Shown one piece after another: positions 55,483-64,000 of a stretch of DNA of 64,000 nucleotides. The DNA is from Trichoplax adhaerens (Eukaryota > Animalia > Placozoa), in contig NW_002060966.1 of the NCBI RefSeq assembly GCF_000150275.1, positions 200,415-264,414 on the forward strand, written 5' to 3'. The notes below the pieces were generated by a model. That model did no database searches and was not told the origin of the DNA. It saw only the letters and a program-made list of their open reading frames with translations. Position 1 is the first letter of the stretch. Every line of letters starts with the position of its first letter. The position numbers and the translations under genes are program-made.

Positions 55483-56646
55483 TTAACCACTTGTAGAAAG
55501 AAAAATGAACATCTTATGATGTTCAATGACGTAATCAGCTAAGCGCATGAAGTTTAGTTTATTAATAGTATAAAATCCGCTATAATGCTATCTATAGACT
55601 GGTTATTGTGCAATAGATACTGATATAAAGTGGAGCTATAAGAGAGTTGCTTTGTAAAACTTTGCATCATTTCCTTCCGTATGGTGATATAAATATGCAT
55701 GCCATACTATTACACTGAATTATTAATTATTATTATTTTACTAAAATCACAATTTGATAATTTATAAGCTCTATCAAGTATTGCCTAGGTGATTCTGCTA
55801 TACGCGTACATATACTATTATTTTGAATGCTAAGAAATATATCATAATTTATAAATAAAAGGTAAAGATAAATTATGATCAAACTTGGTGTAGTGCCGCG
55901 TAAATTTTAAGATTCCTCCAGTATTAACTAGCTAAGTCATACTCTAGTTATAAGTCCTAAGTACTATAGAAAGCAAGGGCAATCTTAGCAAATTGATCAA
56001 ATATAAGTGAAGTGAAGTAAAAGAGATCTTACACTTAGTTATAAACATAACCAATTTAAAATTGTCAGTAGAAATTAATTTACAATTAGTATCAATTATC
56101 TCTTTTTCATTGAGTATTAGGTAATACGTATAGATCATTTATGCAATGCTCATGTCATTGATCAATCATGTTATTTGTGTTTGCTCATAATACTGTTATA
56201 AACCTCCTTGCTTCGTCTGTAACAGATTACAATTAACTCTATTATGTAATTAGCATTTGTATCCATTGAGACATAAAGCATTCTATGTATTTTAGATAGC
56301 TAGTTAGCTCAAGCTTTTTCATACAAAAAAAGGACAAAATAATTTTTACTCCACGTTTATTCTTTTAGTTTTTTTTCTGTAGTCTATGGATTATACTGTA
56401 TATTAACATTTACAGTAGGTATTTACTGTATAGGCATGGACTACTGTAACTGTGCTAGTTTTCTTCTCATAATCGAAGATACACGTTGTAGCTAGAGAGA
56501 TTTGCAAGGAGCAATACGTCGCACTGTACAGTAGGTCCTTCTCGTTCCCCGTACGTTGATGAAACTACTTCTGCGATACTACAGAAGCAATATACCTGGA
56601 TCGACGATGTGACCAATAGGCCAACTCGAATAACGTCGAGTAAAAA

Positions 56647-57481
56647 TAATTTTATCCCTTTTTTGTATTTAGGTATATCATAGACTACGTTAAGAAGACC
56701 TTTTTTTAGTCTTCTCGACGTAGCCCATGGTTTATATACAGTATGTTAACCCATAATTTTTTTCCATTTTTTGTATCTAGGTATATCATGAACTACATTA
56801 AGAGGGCATTCTTTTAGTCTTCTTGATGTACGAGTAGTCCGTGGTTTATATACTGTATGTTAACCCATAATTCTGTCTCTTTATTGTATTTGGGTATATC
56901 ATAGACTACGTCAAGAAGACCTTTTAGTCTTCTTGATACACGAGTAGTCCATGGTTTATTTACAGTATGTTAACCCATAATTCTGTCCCTTTTTTGTATC
57001 TAGGTATATCATGAACTACGTCAAGAAGACGTTCTTTTAGTCTTCTTTATACGCGAGTAGTCCATGGTTTATATACTGTATGTTAACCCATAATTCTGTC
57101 CCTTTTTTGTATCTAGGTATATCATGGACTATGTCAAGAAGACGTTCCTTTAGTCTTCTTGATATACTAGTAGTCCATGGCTTACATTAGTTAACCCATA
57201 ATTTTGTCCCTTTTTTGTATCTAGGTATATCATGGACTACGTCAAGAAGACCTTTTTAAAGCCTCTTTGGCGTAGTCAATGGTTTATAAATCTTCACCCA
57301 TAATTTTGTCACTTTTTGTATTTAGGTATATTATGGACTACGTCAAGAAGACGTTCTTTTAGTTTTCTTGGCGTAGTCCATGCTTTATATACAGTATGCT
57401 AACCCATAATTTTGTCCCTTTTTTGGAAGACCTTCTTTTAGTCTTCTTGGCGTAATCCATAGTTTATATAAGTTAACCCAT
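56647..57481. repeat. Tandem array of ~8 units (100-113 bp), each full unit containing a ~21-bp-stem hairpin
   Basis: Units start near 56647, 56754, 56867, 56977, 57090, 57198, 57300 and 57406 (last one internally deleted). Consensus core CATGGACTACGTCAAGAAGAC-loop-GTCTTCTTGGCGTAGTCCATG. Confidence 0.9.
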
Positions 57482-58070
57482 ATTCATATTATATACAGTA
57501 AAAGTATGCACTACTCCTTGTCTTTGTCATTGTCCACAATAGAGAGAGATTTTGATTGGTTGGGCAAGTGCATACGTCATCGTTTGCAATGGCGTTGGAC
57601 GTCCAACTTGCGATAAGGAGAGAATGAAAGTTGGAAAAAATGGCCGATTGTCATGGAGACGATGAAGAATTTTCCCCCAATTCTTCATCTAAATATTAGT
57701 ACTCTCGTTTCGTCATCTCCAGTTCAAAATGGCGTTGTCTGTCTCTAAATTGTCAACCAAATAAATGGAGAGTGTAACTAACGTTCAACGAAACGAACGC
57801 ATTGCCCGCCCTATTCTAACGCAGCGGTCAATCACTAGCAGGTGGAAATACCTGCAATGAATGGCGATCACCTTGGAACGAGCAGCCGAGCAAGACTAAG
57901 CAAGAAGGCGGTGAGTTGCTAGGCGTAACGAGTAATCCATCACCTTGTGTATGTGATACTGTGCTATCCTATTCTTTTGGGCGGCGTTGATTTTGGAAAA
58001 TTATTTCCTCGCAAAGCAAAGGCAATTCGTTGGTTGTTATCCAAAGACGGTTACTGCCTCGATTCTTGCT

Positions 58071-59719
58071 ATGGCCGACCTACAGATCATTTCACCATGG
58101 ACTTACTGACCGTTTCCACAGGTAATCCAGAGACAGATTGAATGTGGCCATCAATACTTGCTCGCCGGTAGATATCACCCAATATCAACAGACTAATTGT
58201 TCTTTTTGACACCCAAGGCTTTGAAATGGATGCCATCCGCTGGCGTTCTCCATCGTTATTACGGTAATCTACCAAAGAAGAAGATACAAGAGATTGCCAA
58301 TGGGCCTGCTTTACAAGATTTTATCGTCAAATCTCCCAATCAAATCAAGAAAGTTGATTTTTTTGCTAAACGTAGATAGTAAGCCATCTTTTGCTACTTA
58401 TATTCTACCAAGGAGAAATCCAATGATTCTTGCCACATTTGTCCGCAATGAAGGCGTATTCTATCACCTGCAATGGATTCAATCTTGCAAAATACGACTG
58501 ATTTTATAACTACACTTAACCTTTACTTCGCCAACTATTCTAATCATAGCCTTCCTTTACCACCGTGGATTAGAAAGCCGACGATACCTACGCCCCAAAG
58601 TTATAACAAGTTAAAGAATGATTTAAGAAGTTTAAATTTAAACACGGTACATCTATAGTCATCTTCCCATTAATGACTCTTCTACTCCTTTTGATGGCCA
58701 ATTCTATTAAGTCATCCACGTCAATTTATTCCTGGTATAGAACGTATCTATGTTAGTCGTTTGAACCTGCATTTTCAATACTATCGAAGCTAACATTAGT
58801 AATGATGGTTCTTGAATGGATAGGTTTGTGAAGCAGCATAATGCCCAAACATCAGTGAATGTTGGGGAGGTGAATCTGGGTCTGCTACCGCATCAATCTT
58901 GGTAAGGCTTGGCCAAATTCGACTGAATTTAAAATCGACATTTCAAATTAGTTTTTTAAATCAATCCATAGATTCTAGGTGATACTTGTACTCGTGTTGT
59001 CGATATTGTTGTCGATATTGCTCCGTTAAAACAGTACTTTCATGTCCGATGCCTGACCCTGATGAACCTATCAATACGGCGATAGCGCTTGCAAAATGGG
59101 GCCTTGACTGTGTCGTCTTAACTTCTGTGAATAGAGATGGTATGCATACTACCTTTAAACTGGATAGAAACGATCTAGTAGAATAGGATGGCTAACATTT
59201 TAAATGATATTTATTCTAAATACTGACAGATCTTCTTGATGGTGGATCCAGCCATTTCGCCAAAATTGTTCGAGAAATTAAGAAACGGTATTCATGGCTA
59301 TAGAAAGAAACACAGTTGATCATATATCGATGATTTATTGACAATACACAACTATCTGATATCATTAAACACAAGCAATTTAAATTATTGCCCATTAATT
59401 CAGTAAGTTATTAATGTTGGTTGAAACATTAACACCTGATTTCCAAGAAAATAAAGATGCCATTGCTGCGGTGGTCAATGGAAGGGTAGATGTTTATTCA
59501 CATAATGTTGTAACCGTAAAGAATCTTCAACGGTATGATCACGATAAAATAAATTGTAGATTGTTGAATGCAGGTCTCTGCAATGAATGAATTATATATG
59601 ATTGCTGCCGCAAAAGCTAATAACTGACGCCCTTTTATCTATTTTATATCGCTACTTTAGGTGAACTCTATCTGAAATACTTGGTTCATAAAAGAAATAC
59701 AACCAATAAATCTGATTAA
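58071..59719 (+). pseudogene. LIAS: Tandem duplicate LIAS pseudogene
   Basis: Same exon structure for exons 1-7 and the last exon. TGA in exon 1, TAA in CEAA*CPNISEC, a 12-bp duplication giving [12 protein letters not shown], and exons 8-10 absent. Confidence 0.92.
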
Positions 59720-61688
59720 ATAAAAACTTATAGAAAGAAACATGTACTCATATATTCAAGTTATTTCAATCGAGTAATCAGCTAGGTGCATTAAGTTTAT
59801 TGATAGTAAAATCCAATATGATAATGTCTACATTATTATGCCATATGTACTGATATAAAGTCGGCCATAACAGTACTGTTTTGTATGATTACATTATTCC
59901 TTTCCATTTAAAGTTATAAATACCCCATACTGTTACAATGAACTATTATTTGCACTTTATTAAAATCAGAACTTGATAACTAATATGTATGGTCTTAAGT
60001 GTTTTTGCTCAGACCATTCTGTTATACACATGGTATCATGAATGCTAAGAAATAATATAAAGATTAATTTTTAGAATTTGCCTTCCAAGTTTTTGAATCG
60101 TAATAAGTATTATGGCTTTAAAATAAAGCTAATTTGGTTTGATTAATGTGGATTTTACTTAGTATCTTAGTATATTGTGAACTCGATTACTTTATTCGGG
60201 TTAGAGGTGAACAATATTCGATAGCATAATCTTGTTAGGAATGATATACACATTTATAATAGTGTGAGGTTGATAGACCAAGAATCTCCTAGACTTTAGA
60301 AAATTAAGATTTATTGAACAAAACCTCGTTTACAAAGATCGATCAGCTGAGGACCTCTCTAACGAGAAAGAACTATTTTACTGAACTAAACTACTCGCTT
60401 ATATACATTTCTGCGTTAAAAACCTTAGTACCTTATTTACTATACACTTCAGTATTACCGTCTCAAATACAGGATAGTTTACACCTTTCACGTGAAGCTC
60501 TAGTGTGAACACTGTAGCACTCCTCTTCAAGAGGATACAGTTACTAAGCTAGCTATATTTAATACTTAAGCTTCTAACGGAATATGTATCACACGTTGAA
60601 TACAATAACTATAGTAGACATTACTAAACATATCATCAACTTAGAATACATTATTACACTGTCTTACAAATGGCAAGCAGTAGAAATTGTGAACTTTGAT
60701 AAATAAAGCTTTACATCGTTCAAAAATCTTTTAAAATTTGGTTTGTTAAATTTAAGAATCTTGAAGTACAAGTAATTCACATGCGGTGGCATACGGTACT
60801 CTTGAACATAGTCTAAAGGGTAGATAGAACAAATATTTCCAACTAAGCTTATTTGATGATTGCTTAATATTGTAGACGTATAATTTAACGCACAGCTAGG
60901 CATACGTGGTTCAGCTAGTCGATAAATAATATAATTGGCAAAATTTTATTACCAAACATGGTAGTAAACAATAATCATTTACAATCTAATATTCGCAGTA
61001 GAAAAGATTTAGTTTAACCATTTATCTATTATTTGTTTTGCATACAATATTATGTAATAAATCAGTTATAAAATAGGGATCAATAATATTATTTATACTT
61101 GCTTATAAGTTATAATATTGTTGCGAGCCCGCTCGCTTCGTCTGTACCAGACCGCAATTTACTCTAATATGTTATTTAGCATTTGAATAAATCCAGACAT
61201 TATGCCTTCCATACTTGATAGCTAGTTTTCTATAGTTTTTTCGCAACACTAAAGCTTAATAAAGCGAGCATAGTATGCAAATATAACTGCATATCTGAAC
61301 TCTATTTATTGCAAATTGAAGTTATTCCGCCATGAGTATAGATGACATAAATTTTAGCAATACAATTTGTGGACAGTTTCTTTAACGAAATTATAAGGCC
61401 ATTTAATAATGCCTATCATCTTAACACTTAATTAATATGCATTTATTAGCCCTTTCACAGGGTCAAAGTTTAGACAGTAATTACGATATATTTCACATAT
61501 TATTAGAAGTAAAATTTAATATTTCATTTACATACTATACAATATTGAATTATATTACGGTTTCTTTTACATTATGCATTTATGGCCATAAAAGTTATCA
61601 ATATCACAGAGCGTTGGATAAATGGTTACATGCAATGAGAATAGAACGGCCACTTTGAGATTTAGGAAATATTTTTTAAAGATGCAGT

Positions 61689-63921
61689 TTACACCATTGT
61701 ATCTACATTTTTCCTTTTATGATTTCTTCTTAATAATGATTTGAGTGATCTCCTTGAGCCACGATGATTTTCAGCCTGTTATATTAATAGTAGGAATTAA
61801 AGATGAATAATTTAACAGGGTATCTTTGCTTAATCCTTATATAATAATGAATTATTCTACGTTGCACAAACTAGCGTTCCTTCTATTCTTACCGTGGTAG
61901 TTGTATCTTTACTCTTGGATACGTGGGAAGATGCCGCATCCTTCGATTCTATAATATTAAATGACAATAGATATTCAGATATACGAATTTAGGCTAATAG
62001 TACAGAATCGCTGTTGCTCATGTTATGCATGTATATGCTGCACAATACCTGTCTCTACAACTTCTTTTATATTTTGACTACCATTTATACTTGTACGACT
62101 TGGAGCCTATAGATAGAAATCCATCATTTTAAGATATAGATTGCCTTGATTTTTCAATCAGCCAAAACTCTTTTGAATTTACGGTACAGTATTCTATAGA
62201 TAATACTCATCATGCCATTTGTGACTAATGATAAAGTAATGGCTACTCCAACTAAGGAATTTCTGGAGTAACTAATTCAGTATTTCGGTGTAGGCATAGA
62301 TAATCTGACGTCATCAATATAATGTTTACCTTAGATTCTAATTTTGGAGTTATTTCATTACATTCGTCATCGCTGTCATTATGGTCTGATTCTTCCACAC
62401 CGACATGTCTTAAGTTACTGTAAGAGTGAGTTCGATTTTGTAGTATAATTTCCTGTGAGGTAGATTGAAAGATATATCTTGTAAACTGATACATTTCTGC
62501 ACACGACTAGTGGTGAATAATGCAGTTTCGCGTAATAATTCATTACCTCGTCATTACAAGAAATATAACTGGATGGATTAGATGCATCCTTATCTAGATC
62601 TTTAGTTTTGATAGGTATTGAGTGCCGGAACGAATTTGCTCCCTCCTTGGTGGAAATGATAAAATGATTAATATAAAAACAAAAAAATTGGCCATAAAGG
62701 CATACACAACTACTTTACTCATTAATAACAGGATATTTCAAAACTCAAATACGGTAACAGATATATATTCATGGTTATCCTTATTTAAAATCCTCTATCT
62801 TGAATATGACTAAGCATCGATACATTTTATAAATAAGAAGAAAACGCAAGTTTGCTTTTGAAGGCTCTCTTAAGCATAAGCTCTAAACTACTCTAGTTGT
62901 TACCTCATTGTCATTATTTTGCTTAATTGATGGAGTAATATCGCTTGATTTTTTACTGCAGTTTTTAAGGCTAGAAATAACTTGTTTCCACGTTTTAGCC
63001 TATAACAGTCCAATAAATTAAAATAGGATTAACAGGATCCAGACGGAAAGGAACTCAATACATTGATCAACATTGTTGTATTTATATAGACGTTTTGTCA
63101 CATACATTGCTGCTAGTAATTTCATAAGATCGGACTCCATTCAAACAATTAGGAGGTATAATGGATTGTATACCCTAATAAATGATCAAGAATTTTATTA
63201 ATTTTCTATAATTAAATCCATAAATAGCGATTTAATATACATACTAGTGAGACTTCTACATCACTAGGTTCAATTCTTGTGCAAACACTAAGGTTAATAA
63301 CAAAATCGTCTAGACTGTCCTGTAAAAAACATCAAATTTGTCAATTAGTAACTAGACTCATGATGTTATGTAGGCAGCATATTGTCAAGTAATTCGTTAG
63401 ATAAAAATATTAAGCCATCAATAGCTCATTGATACGTATAATTTACTTTGGACTGAAAGACTTACATTGATTAAGGAGAAGTTATAAACTTGATTAATAG
63501 GAAATTTTTTAGTAACATGAAATAGTTCTGTTTTTCGGCCTTCTGACCAGTCACCATTGTTGGAAGTTAAATTGACGAAGAAGTATCTAAAATTATCAAT
63601 AAAAAATATAATTAAGTTTTTAATTCTATTGTCTATTGAAAGAAAGTAACATTTATATTAATACCACATATGAAATCAAGATTAATTTGCGGTAATAAAA
63701 TGAAATATATCAATAGAATAAACAATATTCATAAATCTGTGATAGGATAACTGAACAATCATTTTACCCACAACTATTTTCTTGTACTATATACCTATCG
63801 GAAGTATCAACCGATATAAATATTATAAAAAGATCAAGCTTACACTTTTAATCGTGGTAGTTTGGGAAGATTACATTCAGCATCCATTAAAGTAATACAT
63901 AATTGTCCTTTTTTCTGATAA
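61689..63921 (-). CDS. 3' part of multi-exon gene with C2-domain-like region and low-complexity tail (5' end outside window)
   Basis: Phase-consistent exons 63921-63844, 63586-63466, 63319-63245, 63174-63106, 62999-62904, 62645-62547, 62452-62330, 62106-62049, 61948-61893 and 61775-61689. GQLCITLMDAECNL...YFFVNL...GRKTE...FPINQVYNFSL...FVINLSV follows the C2 beta-strand pattern. Confidence 0.65.
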
Positions 63922-64000
63922 CTATAGAGAAAAATTATAAATTAGACGATTAGATAATATTATTCATGAGATGTAAGAGTAAAGGTTCAATTCTAAATCA

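Noticed and set aside
56647-57481. CRISPR interpretation of the palindromic array
   Set aside because: Linkers are conserved rather than unique spacers, there are no cas genes, and the context is eukaryotic.

Overview
AT-rich eukaryotic genomic DNA with short GT-AG introns and several intronless genes. It is animal-like, and composition and gene content suggest a placozoan such as Trichoplax, but that is inference only. The left half holds a cluster of six temptin-domain genes. Three are intact: a short form with a predicted GPI signal, a form with a long Thr/Ala/Glu mucin stalk plus predicted GPI signal, and a secreted form. Three are pseudogenes. Embedded among them is a 976-aa intronless GT10 alpha-1,3-fucosyltransferase-like gene whose catalytic and donor-binding motifs are all substituted. 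The middle has a ~230-bp foldback element, an intronless opsin/melatonin-receptor-like GPCR lacking the retinal lysine, two probable solo LTRs, a 4-exon GINM1-like secreted gene and a ~165-bp tandem repeat. The right part has an 11-exon lipoyl synthase (LIAS), a decayed tandem copy of it, an array of ~8 hairpin-containing repeats between them, and the 3' part of a multi-exon C2-domain-like gene. Family assignments come from remembered motifs, not database searches.
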